Assembly: GCA_034002885.1 (NCBI GenBank)
Contig: JAVEZS010000007.1
Span: 28,228 to 92,227 of the forward strand
Origin: Bacteroidales bacterium
GTDB taxonomy: Bacteria > Bacteroidota > Bacteroidia > Bacteroidales > VadinHA17
DNA length: 64,000 nt
Direction: 5' to 3'
How positions within the stretch are numbered: position 1 is the stretch's first letter; each line of letters starts with the position of its first letter. Both the position numbers and the translations under genes were made by a program. The notes below the pieces were generated by a model. The model did no database searches. It was not told where the DNA came from and worked only from the letters and a program-made list of their open reading frames with translations. Shown here piece by piece: positions 43,440 to 52,515 of the stretch.

Positions 43440-44666
43440 TCACCTGTACAGGTAAACAAAGCCCCGGTATTCCCTGCTGTCGTATTTCACATCGTCCCAG
43501 CCCAGTGCTCTTATTACATAGAAATACACTCCCGGGCCTGCCTTTGCCGACGAATTCCCGACATTTCCGTCCCAGCCCTCCCAGTCTTTGAGGACCTGCC
43601 CCTCTCCGTAAAAATCGTAAACCTTCATTCCGTTCCTGCTGAAAACCTTTACGCTTATGAATCTGAGCGATGTTTTGTCGACCATGAATCTGTCGTTCAT
43701 CCCGTCGTCGTTCGGGGTAAAAACGTTGGGAATGGCAAGGGATGATTCCTCAACCTCAATGCTGCTGAATCTCATTGAGTCTATGCAATGGAGGGCGCTT
43801 TCAACTGTCAGTTTCACCGAGTATTTGCCAGGGATAAAGTATGTATGAGGGGAAGGCGAACTGAGAACTGAAACTGAATCATCGCCAAATTCCCATTTGT
43901 ATTTATCTGCCCTCACCGACTTATCGGTAAAGGTAACCTCAAGGGGGGCCTCCCCTTTTGAAGGTTCGGCTGTAAAGTCGGCTTTCACGTGGATCGATTC
44001 ATAGAAGAATGAGGCTGCCGTGCTACAGCCCATGCTGTCGGTTACGGTGAGCCGGTAGGTAACATCCTCGAGCGGCGGATCGAAGGTTTGAGGGGTTATG
44101 TCAATTTCGGGATAAGGTATGGCAGAGACAGGTTCTGACGACCATCTGAACCTTACCCCGTTTGGAAGTCTTATCCTTGCTCCTCCTGTCGGATCGCTGT
44201 AGAAAAAAGTATCGACTGCGGCCGTTCCTGTCAGGGCAACATACTCGCAGGTACGGTTCTGTAGTGCCGCTGTCGACCTGGGGCGGTCGATAAAGATCCA
44301 TCCTGTCAGGCTCGTATTATAACCCGGTCCGCTTATTGACACCCTGTATCCTCCTTCCTCAAGATTTGTTGCCGACGATGATAAAACCCCTGATTCGGTT
44401 AGGATCAGTTGTGTAAAGCCTCGCGAAACTTCATTCCATCTGTACCATGTGAAGGTAAAGGGACCTGTTCCACCGGGACTCACAGCGGTAAGTGTACCTG
44501 TAGTATTTCCTGTACTGCCACAGAAAACAAACACAGGATCCCTTACTGTTGGTGACGAAGGGTACTGGGTATACCTGACGGTGTTCGATCCGGGTGCAGT
44601 AAGCTGACCCGACAGAACGGCCGGAATCATAAGTGCTGTGATGATATACAAGAAGCGCACAGGCAT
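43440..44666 (-). CDS. PKD-domain protein with T9SS type-B (gliding-motility-associated) C-terminal domain
   Basis: Signal peptide; APLEVTFTD...WEFGD (PKD); IPNVFTPNDDGMND...WDG...GVYFY. Confidence 0.88.
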   Translation of the reverse strand: MPVRFLYIITALMIPAVLSGQLTAPGSNTVRYTQYPSSPTVRDPVFVFCGSTGNTTGTLTAVSPGGTGPFTFTWYRWNEVSRGFTQLILTESGVLSSSATNLEEGGYRVSISGPGYNTSLTGWIFIDRPRSTAALQNRTCEYVALTGTAAVDTFFYSDPTGGARIRLPNGVRFRWSSEPVSAIPYPEIDITPQTFDPPLEDVTYRLTVTDSMGCSTAASFFYESIHVKADFTAEPSKGEAPLEVTFTDKSVRADKYKWEFGDDSVSVLSSPSPHTYFIPGKYSVKLTVESALHCIDSMRFSSIEVEESSLAIPNVFTPNDDGMNDRFMVDKTSLRFISVKVFSRNGMKVYDFYGEGQVLKDWEGWDGNVGNSSAKAGPGVYFYVIRALGWDDVKYDSREYRGFVYLYR

Positions 44667-44934
44667 TTATTAGTTGGTGAGAATCCCTGCATAAAGTAGT
44701 CCTTGCCGATTCATGCAGAATATTCTCCTGTTTTCATATTAACGGTTACTCCAATTCTTTGTTATAACCACTGGCAATATTAATAAAATCCGCCGATTAG
44801 CATGCTGAATGCAAGATAACTGTTGATAAATATACTCATTCAGGGAACGGTTTTTCTGTATTTTTGGCGGCCGTTTTGCTAAATTTGGCCCACCCTTAAA
44901 GGACAGGTCAACCATCCTGTTCAGGGAATGATCG

Positions 44935-47211
44935 ATGACTGACAATTACTTAAGCGAACTAAACGAAGCACAGCGCGAGGCGGTGATCAACACTGACGGT
45001 CCTGCTCTTGTTATTGCAGGGGCCGGTTCGGGAAAAACAAGGGTTCTGACCTATCGCATTGTGCACCTTCTTAACAAAGGTATTCCAGCCTACAGAATCC
45101 TGGCCCTGACCTTTACCAATAAAGCAGCACGCGAAATGAAGGACAGGGTCTCGGCAATAATAGGAGCTGAAGTGGCAAGGTATCTCTGGATGGGAACCTT
45201 CCACTCAATTTTTGCAAGGATCCTTCGTATTGAAGGTTCAGTCCTTGGTTACAGGCCTAATTTCACCATTTACGATTCATCTGACTCGCGCAGCCTGATA
45301 AGAACGATCATCAGGGAAATGAATCTCGACGACAATATTTATAAACCCGGAGCCATTGCAGGAAGGATCTCAGCTGCAAAAAACAACCTTGTAACGGCAG
45401 GAATGTATGCTGCCGATCAGTCGGTACAGGAGTATGACAAGGCATGCCGGATGCCTCTTCTTTCCGAATTATACAAAGCATACTCATCAAGGTGTTTCAG
45501 GGCAAATGCGATGGACTTTGATGACCTTCTTCTCAACACGAACATCCTTTTCCGCGACTTTCCGGCAATACTCGAAGCATACCAGGATAAGTTCATGTAC
45601 ATACTTGTTGATGAATACCAGGATACAAATTACTCACAGTACCTTATTGTAAGGAAACTGGCTGACCTTCACCAGAATCTTTGTGTCGTAGGAGATGATG
45701 CCCAGAGCATTTACTCCTTCAGGGGAGCCAGGATCGAGAATATCCTCGAGTTCAGGAACCATTACGACGGCTACCGCCTGTTCAAGCTCGAACAAAATTA
45801 CAGATCCACTCAGACCATTGTGAATGCTGCAAACTCCATTATAGCCAATAATCAGGGACAGATAGCAAAAAAAGTATATTCGAAAAACGAAGAGGGAGAA
45901 AAGATCCAGGTCATGCAGGCGATGACCGACACCGAGGAAGGATTCAACATTTCCTCTGATATATTCGACAAAAGGTTCTCACGTCAGCTCAACTGGTCAG
46001 ATTTTGCTATCCTCTACAGGACAAATGCCCAGTCGAGGATCTTCGAGGAGACCCTTAGAAAAAAGAACATCCCTTACAAGATCTACGGAGGATTGTCATT
46101 TTACGAACGTAAGGAAATAAAAGACATTCTTGCATATTTCAGAATGGTGATCAATCCTGAGGATGAGGAAGCCTTGAAACGTACGATCAACTACCCCAAA
46201 AGAGGCATTGGCGACACAACCATTCAAAAGATCCTTGAACTTTCCGGTCAGAATAATGTCCCGGCATGGCAGATAGTCTCTTCGGTAAAAGAATACTCCG
46301 GATATTTCAACCCGGGAACTGTTAATAAAATAACAGTGTATTCTGACCTTATAAACGTATTCCGTACCGGTGCCGGTGAAGCAGAGGCTTACACAAAAGC
46401 AAGGGATATAGCAATGGGTTCGGGAATACTGAAAGAACTCAGAGAGGGAAAATCACCTGAGGAAGTAAGCCGGTATGAGAATATGGAAGAGCTCCTGAAT
46501 GCCATCAAGATATTCACGGAATCAGCCCTGACCAACGGAGAACCCGCAACCCTTGAGGCCTATCTTGCCAATGTGGCTCTTCTTACCGACCAGGATAATG
46601 AGAAGGAAGAGGACAGGGACAAGGTCACACTCATGACCATGCATTCGGCTAAAGGACTTGAGTTCAAATATGTCTACATAGCAGGGATGGAGGATACCCT
46701 TTTCCCTTCGCCTCTTTCGGCAGGCAATCCGAAAGAGCTTGAAGAGGAAAGGCGGCTTTTCTATGTTGCCGTTACACGTGCTGAAAAAATGGCAACGCTC
46801 AGCTATGCCCTTAACAGGTACAAATGGGGAAACCTCGAAAGAAGCGGTCCGAGCCGCTTCATTAAGGAACTGGATAACAGGTTCCTCGAATTTCCTCAAA
46901 CCGGAGGAAAGCCTTTCCCGTCGAGGGAACGTGAAGAGAAGCATATCTCCTTCAGGAAGGAGTCTCGCCCTTACAATACCCCTGTGAAATTAAAAAAGAT
47001 GGAAACAGCTGTAAGGGTCAAAAGTGCGGCAGGTATCTCATCTGACGGTTCTTCGCTGAGTGTTGGAGATACGGTCAGTCACGATCGTTTTGGCAAAGGT
47101 TTAATAATCAGTATCGAAGGAGAAGCACCCAACAACACTGCAACTGTCGATTTCAGTGAAGGCGGACGGAAGAAGCTCCTCCTGCGCTTTGCCAGACTTA
47201 CAAAATTATAG
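44935..47211 (+). CDS. pcrA: UvrD/PcrA ATP-dependent DNA helicase
   Basis: AGAGSGKT, TFTNKAA, VDEYQDTN, GDDAQSIY, QNYRS, HSAKGLEF, EERRLFYVA. Confidence 0.93.
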   Translation: MTDNYLSELNEAQREAVINTDGPALVIAGAGSGKTRVLTYRIVHLLNKGIPAYRILALTFTNKAAREMKDRVSAIIGAEVARYLWMGTFHSIFARILRIEGSVLGYRPNFTIYDSSDSRSLIRTIIREMNLDDNIYKPGAIAGRISAAKNNLVTAGMYAADQSVQEYDKACRMPLLSELYKAYSSRCFRANAMDFDDLLLNTNILFRDFPAILEAYQDKFMYILVDEYQDTNYSQYLIVRKLADLHQNLCVVGDDAQSIYSFRGARIENILEFRNHYDGYRLFKLEQNYRSTQTIVNAANSIIANNQGQIAKKVYSKNEEGEKIQVMQAMTDTEEGFNISSDIFDKRFSRQLNWSDFAILYRTNAQSRIFEETLRKKNIPYKIYGGLSFYERKEIKDILAYFRMVINPEDEEALKRTINYPKRGIGDTTIQKILELSGQNNVPAWQIVSSVKEYSGYFNPGTVNKITVYSDLINVFRTGAGEAEAYTKARDIAMGSGILKELREGKSPEEVSRYENMEELLNAIKIFTESALTNGEPATLEAYLANVALLTDQDNEKEEDRDKVTLMTMHSAKGLEFKYVYIAGMEDTLFPSPLSAGNPKELEEERRLFYVAVTRAEKMATLSYALNRYKWGNLERSGPSRFIKELDNRFLEFPQTGGKPFPSREREEKHISFRKESRPYNTPVKLKKMETAVRVKSAAGISSDGSSLSVGDTVSHDRFGKGLIISIEGEAPNNTATVDFSEGGRKKLLLRFARLTKL

Positions 47212-47250
47212 GTCGCTGCTCTTTGCTTTCCCATAACCATATAAAATACC

Positions 47251-47286
47251 ACGCCGCAAACCGGCTGTTATCCGGTTTTGCGGCGT
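47251..47286. terminator. Long hairpin between convergent genes, probable terminator
   Basis: ACGCCGCAAACCGG/CCGGTTTTGCGGCGT stem; no clear U-tract. Confidence 0.55.
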
Positions 47287-47313
47287 AGTATCATATCTTC
47301 AGCGACTGAAGCT

Positions 47314-48198
47314 TTATTTCTTCCCAGCCTGGCCGAAATTCATTTTTATAAAGGAATACCCAACTGTGGAGACTGAATGCCTGAAATTGTCGTCGATCTC
47401 CTTTGTTTCCATTTTCATTTCCATCTTGCCTGTCTTGTCGAAAGATTCAAGTGCAAGCATCATAGATCCGTCAAATTCAGGATGCCCGTAGTACGTGGGC
47501 ATACCTGCCTTTCCCCAGTTTCTTTTGTCAGCCTTGATTTTAACATCCTTTGTCATCCAGACATTTGAATAACCTTCTTCTCCCTCTTCGACAACCTTGT
47601 ATTCGTCGCACCTGTATCCGGCAATCATCTTTGAATTTCCTGTCTTAGTGATCGTTGCCGGTTTATCCTGTGCTACCTTCTGGTTTTTGGTCTGTTCCGC
47701 CAGGGTTTCATCATCAGGAATTGTAGAGATAATTCCAGTTCCGCCCCCTTCTCCCTGCATAAGCATCATAAAGCATCTGTTCTCGTTGTCAAAGAGGAAT
47801 GTTGTGGGCACAGCCTGGCTGCTGTTCTCAGGATCAACTATCCTGACCTCAATTCCTGCGTTCAGTGAACTCGCATTATAATATGTGTAATAATCGGAAC
47901 GTGATACATCTTTTTTGTCATATACTTCCATAATCATGTGTATCCTTCCTGTAAAATCATACTCATCATTATGTTTGATATCTGTTTTACCTCCCAGTAC
48001 CCCCATTCCAATTCCTCTCGGCCTTGCCTCTGAAGGAGCCTCTCCCTCTTTTCCGGCTGCCGCTGAATCGACTTTGTTCTGGACCTCTTTGTTTATTGCC
48101 TTGTTAAGTTTGTTCCTCAGGACGCTTCCAACCTGGGCGTTTGCAACTGCTGTAAGTAAAAAGACAGCTGTAAAAATCAATGTAACCTTTGTTCTCAT
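47314..48198 (-). CDS. Secreted DUF4412-like protein
   Basis: Signal peptide ending ANA-Q; KTGNSKMIAGYRCDEY...VW motif. Confidence 0.75.
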   Translation of the reverse strand: MRTKVTLIFTAVFLLTAVANAQVGSVLRNKLNKAINKEVQNKVDSAAAGKEGEAPSEARPRGIGMGVLGGKTDIKHNDEYDFTGRIHMIMEVYDKKDVSRSDYYTYYNASSLNAGIEVRIVDPENSSQAVPTTFLFDNENRCFMMLMQGEGGGTGIISTIPDDETLAEQTKNQKVAQDKPATITKTGNSKMIAGYRCDEYKVVEEGEEGYSNVWMTKDVKIKADKRNWGKAGMPTYYGHPEFDGSMMLALESFDKTGKMEMKMETKEIDDNFRHSVSTVGYSFIKMNFGQAGKK

Positions 48199-48244
48199 AA
48201 TGCTGATGTTTAAATTGAGCCTTAAAGTTATGAAAAAAACCGCT

Positions 48245-49561
48245 TCAGAGTTTTACAAATTCCACTCTTCTGTTGAGAGCCTTGTTTGCAGGCGTGTCGT
48301 TTGGGGCAACAGGTTGGGTTTCGCCCGCGCCGTCGGACTCCATTCTCGAGCCGTCTATCCCGAATGATTTTATCAGCTCATTCCTGACTGCAGCGCCGCG
48401 ACGTTTAGAAAGATCCAGGTTTGAAGCATCGGCACCGTCGGTATCGGTATGCCCAATAATTTTTACTCTGACATCAGGATTTTCCTGGAGAACGGCCGCG
48501 ATCTCTTTAAGTGTCCCGTACGATTCGGGTTTTACGACATCTTTATTAACATCGAAATAGATCCCGTATGTAACAAGTTTGCCTTCGGTGATCAGTTTAT
48601 TCCGCATATCGGGAGCTCCGACAGCAACCCTTACACTGGAAATCATTACAGCGCCAGTTTCAAAACGGATCCTGTCGGGTTTTACACATCCTGCAGGAAG
48701 AGCCCGCGGCAGATCAATGATTTTGTTTTGATCCTGATACACCCTGATCCTCGTCTTCTGAACCCATATTGCAATATGGTACTTCTGATTCATCTTTTCC
48801 TTGAAATTTTCCTGCTGAACATATCCCGACAATGCTGAAGGACCGCACTCTTCACCCATGAACCATGTATGATAACTGGGCCTGCCAAAGTATTCCACCT
48901 TGAACTGAAATCCTCCTTTTCCGGGAGCTGTTCCACCATCCCAGGCTTTGACATTTTTGGCCTGCATCAGTTTCATATGCCAGCCTGACATACCTGGACC
49001 CTCAAGTCCACCTATCGGAATGACATCATATTCGATCGTATAATTTTCAGGCAGATTCAAAAGGGCATCAGTCCAGACACATTCATTCATCACAAACTTC
49101 ATCCATTTCCCGGGAAAAAGATTCGTGGTGACAACCTCGGCCGATCCGTTGGTATTCCAAAGTGCCGGAAAGTCGCCAACTGCATCCTGACTGAAGTCAT
49201 CAAAGAAAATTACCTTTTCGCCCGGAATAAAATCATACTTTGAATATGTCTGCAATGCTTCCTGATCCTTCGCCCCTGCTGCTTCCTGATCCTTAACGGA
49301 TCCGGATACTGCCTCATTGGCCACCGGCTTCTCCTGTCCTCCAGCAGCCTGACCTTCTTTTTTTGATTTATCCGATTCTCCCTTGACATCATTTTCAACA
49401 GCATCAAGGCCCTTGTCAATAGCCTGATCAGTTTTCTGGTTAAGCCTCTGGTTGACCTTGTTCTCAAGTTTCTTTTTCAGGTCGACCTTTATCTGTCCTT
49501 GCACGTTAACAGGTGCATATAACAACAGCGCGGCAACGATAAGTCTCACGATTGATTTCAT
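48245..49561 (-). CDS. OmpA-family protein with C-terminal peptidoglycan-binding domain
   Basis: YDFIPGEKVIFFDDF; IYFD, IIGHTD, NLDLSKRR, NRRVEF. Confidence 0.9.
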   Translation of the reverse strand: MKSIVRLIVAALLLYAPVNVQGQIKVDLKKKLENKVNQRLNQKTDQAIDKGLDAVENDVKGESDKSKKEGQAAGGQEKPVANEAVSGSVKDQEAAGAKDQEALQTYSKYDFIPGEKVIFFDDFSQDAVGDFPALWNTNGSAEVVTTNLFPGKWMKFVMNECVWTDALLNLPENYTIEYDVIPIGGLEGPGMSGWHMKLMQAKNVKAWDGGTAPGKGGFQFKVEYFGRPSYHTWFMGEECGPSALSGYVQQENFKEKMNQKYHIAIWVQKTRIRVYQDQNKIIDLPRALPAGCVKPDRIRFETGAVMISSVRVAVGAPDMRNKLITEGKLVTYGIYFDVNKDVVKPESYGTLKEIAAVLQENPDVRVKIIGHTDTDGADASNLDLSKRRGAAVRNELIKSFGIDGSRMESDGAGETQPVAPNDTPANKALNRRVEFVKL

Positions 49562-49713
49562 ACAAATGCAAGTTAGTTTGGAAAATTCTGTACTGACTAA
49601 TCTGACACAACAATTTTATCCCTGTCTACAAAGCTTTTTTATCTTTTTGAGCCTTTTCAGAACGGGTCAATAAATTTATAAAAAATCCCGATATCTCCTA
49701 ATAATAAGCTAAA

Positions 49714-49743
49714 TAAAAAGAGCTGCAGTTGTCTGCAGCTCTT
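49714..49743 (-). terminator. Intrinsic terminator
   Basis: AAGAGCTGCAG-TTGT-CTGCAGCTCTT with a U-run on the minus strand. Confidence 0.8.
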
Positions 49744-49775
49744 GAAAAACCTGAAACTTACAGTGAATGTGCAAA

Positions 49776-50534
49776 TTATACCACAACTGCTTCATCAACA
49801 GCCGGCTTTTCATGTTGAAGAAGAACCGACTGATAGAGGGTTGCAAAGGAGCTTGAGACCCACATTATGGCAGGAAAGATCCCTATTATGAACATTATCA
49901 GTCCAAAAAGAATTATAAAGCAGGAAACGAATCCCATGGCAAAGATCCTCCATCCGTGACCCCTTGTCAGTTTCCAGCTCAGTTCAACTGCCTCAATAGG
50001 ATCGAGTTTCTTATCCATAACAATATATGAAACGAACACCAGGCGGCATGCGATGATTATACCGGGTATCAGAAGCGCAAAACATCCCAGGACGATAAGC
50101 GCCACCACCAGAAGGTGGGCAAGGATTATACTGAGGTAATTCTGCCAGAATCCTTTTATGAGGAGCTCAAAATCAGGCTTGATGCCTCTTACAGCCTGAA
50201 CAAAGATCATATCTCCTCCATATGTTACCACAGGAGCTGCCAGGAAGGTATAGGCCAGGGCAATTAGTCCGAAGAAGATCCCCAGCATTCCCAGCGCCCC
50301 TACTGCAAACAGACCCTGAAGATCATTTCCGAACATATGACCCCATTCGTAGGGGGTTTTAGGAAAATCACCGGCGTCGAATTTATAGTTCAGCCCGCTG
50401 AAGGGTGCTGTCAAAATCGCCAGGACAAAGACGACCAGAAGTAACCTCAGAAAATTATCAAGCATTACCTGAAAACCTGTCCCGAAACTATTCCCGAATG
50501 TGGGAACCAGTTTGTAATTTTTTCCATTTTCCAT
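49776..50534 (-). CDS. Integral membrane protein (DUF975-like)
   Basis: Several TM helices; LLIPGII, EAVELSWKLTRGH. Confidence 0.7.
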   Translation of the reverse strand: MENGKNYKLVPTFGNSFGTGFQVMLDNFLRLLLVVFVLAILTAPFSGLNYKFDAGDFPKTPYEWGHMFGNDLQGLFAVGALGMLGIFFGLIALAYTFLAAPVVTYGGDMIFVQAVRGIKPDFELLIKGFWQNYLSIILAHLLVVALIVLGCFALLIPGIIIACRLVFVSYIVMDKKLDPIEAVELSWKLTRGHGWRIFAMGFVSCFIILFGLIMFIIGIFPAIMWVSSSFATLYQSVLLQHEKPAVDEAVVV

Positions 50535-50607
50535 AGCTGTTGTTTTAAAAGATTGTTCTATTCGTTTTACATACCAAAATTAGACACCCTTTTTTTACCA
50601 TACTCAA

Positions 50608-50667
50608 TACTTTAGTAGTGATTGTACAAAATTCCTACTATAGTTTGGATACACCTACTTTAGTAGG
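50608..50667. promoter_or_regulatory. Repeated TACTTTAGTAG sites, putative LuxR-family operator
   Basis: TACTTTAGTAG at 50608 and 50656 (the second within palindrome CCTACT-TT-AGTAGG); partial CCTACTATAGT at 50634. Confidence 0.55.
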
Positions 50668-50714
50668 GATCCGGGCAGGAAGGGTAAAATTATCAGCCGG
50701 CTCCTGTCCTAATC

Positions 50715-51680
50715 ATGGAGAATCTGAATATCTTTATGATCATGATTAAATTTGTCTTCTACCTGACCTTTATCGTTTCGGTTGCCATCACTGCCGCCGG
50801 GATCATTCTAACCACAAGGATCAGAAGCAGGTCGAAATCGGAAGCGTTTTCCTTCCTCCTCTATTTTCAGGTCTTCATCTACGCATTCGGTTTCTACGGT
50901 CTCTGGGGCCAGGCTGCAATAAAATCCATTCTGTCGTCCTTCTCATCTCCCGAAATGCTTGAAAGGATTTCCGACCTGGCGCTTCTGCTGGGTCTTCCCT
51001 TCCTTGTTTTTGCCTGGCTGATGCTTATAAGGTTTTCCCAGAGCCTTGCAGGAATGAAGAAAAGCGCCTTGTTCATTCTGCTGTTCCTCGTTGTCAATTT
51101 CATGGTTCTGACAGCAACGGGGTATTTTATAACAGAGAGGGGCACATTCGACACGAAGCTTCTCATCAAGGAATATTTTGTGGCAATGAATATCATACAC
51201 TATTTCGTTGCAGCATATATTATCCATTTCCGGTGGAAGGAAGGTCCGCTAATACATGATTATGACAGAAAGATAATCGCACCGGTCATTTTTATGATAA
51301 TGATTGTGCAGTGCGTTCCCCTCTTTCTTTATTCGGGCCAGCCATGGCTGGGAGCTTTCTTTATCTTTATTTTTTTCGTGGGTAACAGCTTCCTCCCTGT
51401 TTACTTTACTTACGGTACCCTGCTTCCTGCATTCGCAGAAGAACCTGTTGTTTCCATTCCCTTCAACGAGTTTTGCAGTCGGTATGAGATATCACCCCGC
51501 GAATCCGACGTAATCAGTGAAATATGCAACGGACTTAGCAACAAGGAGATCTCCGACAAGCTGTTCATCAGCCTACAGACTGTAAAAGATCACACTCACA
51601 GAATTTACATAAAGACTAACGTGAAAGGCAGGGTACAGCTGATAAACCTTGTCAAGGATGCAATCAGGCCGGTGAACTAG
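50715..51680 (+). CDS. Membrane-anchored LuxR-family transcriptional regulator
   Basis: About seven hydrophobic segments, then ISPRESDVI...GLSNKEISDKLFISLQTVKDH. Confidence 0.88.
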   Translation: MENLNIFMIMIKFVFYLTFIVSVAITAAGIILTTRIRSRSKSEAFSFLLYFQVFIYAFGFYGLWGQAAIKSILSSFSSPEMLERISDLALLLGLPFLVFAWLMLIRFSQSLAGMKKSALFILLFLVVNFMVLTATGYFITERGTFDTKLLIKEYFVAMNIIHYFVAAYIIHFRWKEGPLIHDYDRKIIAPVIFMIMIVQCVPLFLYSGQPWLGAFFIFIFFVGNSFLPVYFTYGTLLPAFAEEPVVSIPFNEFCSRYEISPRESDVISEICNGLSNKEISDKLFISLQTVKDHTHRIYIKTNVKGRVQLINLVKDAIRPVN

Positions 51681-51702
51681 CATTGGTTTGTGTTAAGACA
51701 GA

Positions 51703-51800
51703 GTTGCTGGGTACTCGTTGCTTGGTGCTTGGTTCTGGGTGCTGGTTATATCACCAATCACCAACCACCAATCACTGCCAACTGCCTAGTGCCCACTGCC
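51703..51800. repeat. Two opposed degenerate heptamer arrays
   Basis: 6 x G(G/T)TGCT(G/T)-like units at 51703-51744, then 7 x ATCACCA/CCAACTG-like units at 51750-51798. Confidence 0.75.
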
Positions 51801-51812
51801 TTATTCACAACC

Positions 51813-52439
51813 TTAGTCTGGGAATTTCAGATATACAATCACAGGTCCACCACTGAAAAGGATCTCAAACGAATCACCTGAGGCTTCATTAAGTGTTGCC
51901 CTCCACCAGCTGTGAAGCTTCAGCCGGTTCATCTCATATCTGAGGCCTGTTGAAGAGACTTCAGTCTCAGGGTCAAGACTGAAAACAGAAATCTGCTGAC
52001 CCGGGTAGGAACTTATTTTCTTTTTTGCAAGGAGAGGAACAAATATTCCGGTATCTGTTACCATCGATACCTTTATATATAATGTATACTCCGCCAGAAG
52101 CGAAATATTTCCAAGAGTGTGGTCTTCCCTCTTCCCGGTAGCGCCAAGTATCACAACCTCGTCAAATCCTTTCGTCCGGCACCAGCGAACAGCTTTGGTA
52201 AGATCGTTGGTTTCCTGGTCATCGTCCCTGACAAGCCTGTCGGAGAAACGGTCAAGCAAACCCATATCAAGCGAATCGAGATCACCCACAACAGCTTCAG
52301 GCTCAAAACCAGCCTCAGTGAGGCTTCTGGCGCTACCGTCGCAACAGATTATATGACCGGCATTCCTCAAATACTCAAGCGGGATCCTGTGAACCGGGAA
52401 ACTTCCGTCAGCAAGGATCACCACTCCATCCTTTTTCAT
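51813..52439 (-). CDS. thiN: Thiamine pyrophosphokinase
   Basis: CCDGSA, VGDLDS, DQETNDLTKA, GATGKREDHTLGN. Confidence 0.92.
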   Translation of the reverse strand: MKKDGVVILADGSFPVHRIPLEYLRNAGHIICCDGSARSLTEAGFEPEAVVGDLDSLDMGLLDRFSDRLVRDDDQETNDLTKAVRWCRTKGFDEVVILGATGKREDHTLGNISLLAEYTLYIKVSMVTDTGIFVPLLAKKKISSYPGQQISVFSLDPETEVSSTGLRYEMNRLKLHSWWRATLNEASGDSFEILFSGGPVIVYLKFPD

Positions 52440-52515
52440 AGATCAAACGGCAATTATGGTGCTAAAAGTAACTATTTTTTAGTTGAGGGCTTGCGCTTTT
52501 CCGGCCGGAATTACA

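Noticed and set aside
42985..43745. ORFs 42985-43329(-) and 43323-43745(+), and likewise 51690-51881(+)
   Set aside because: Translations of heptamer repeats and antisense overlaps of real genes.
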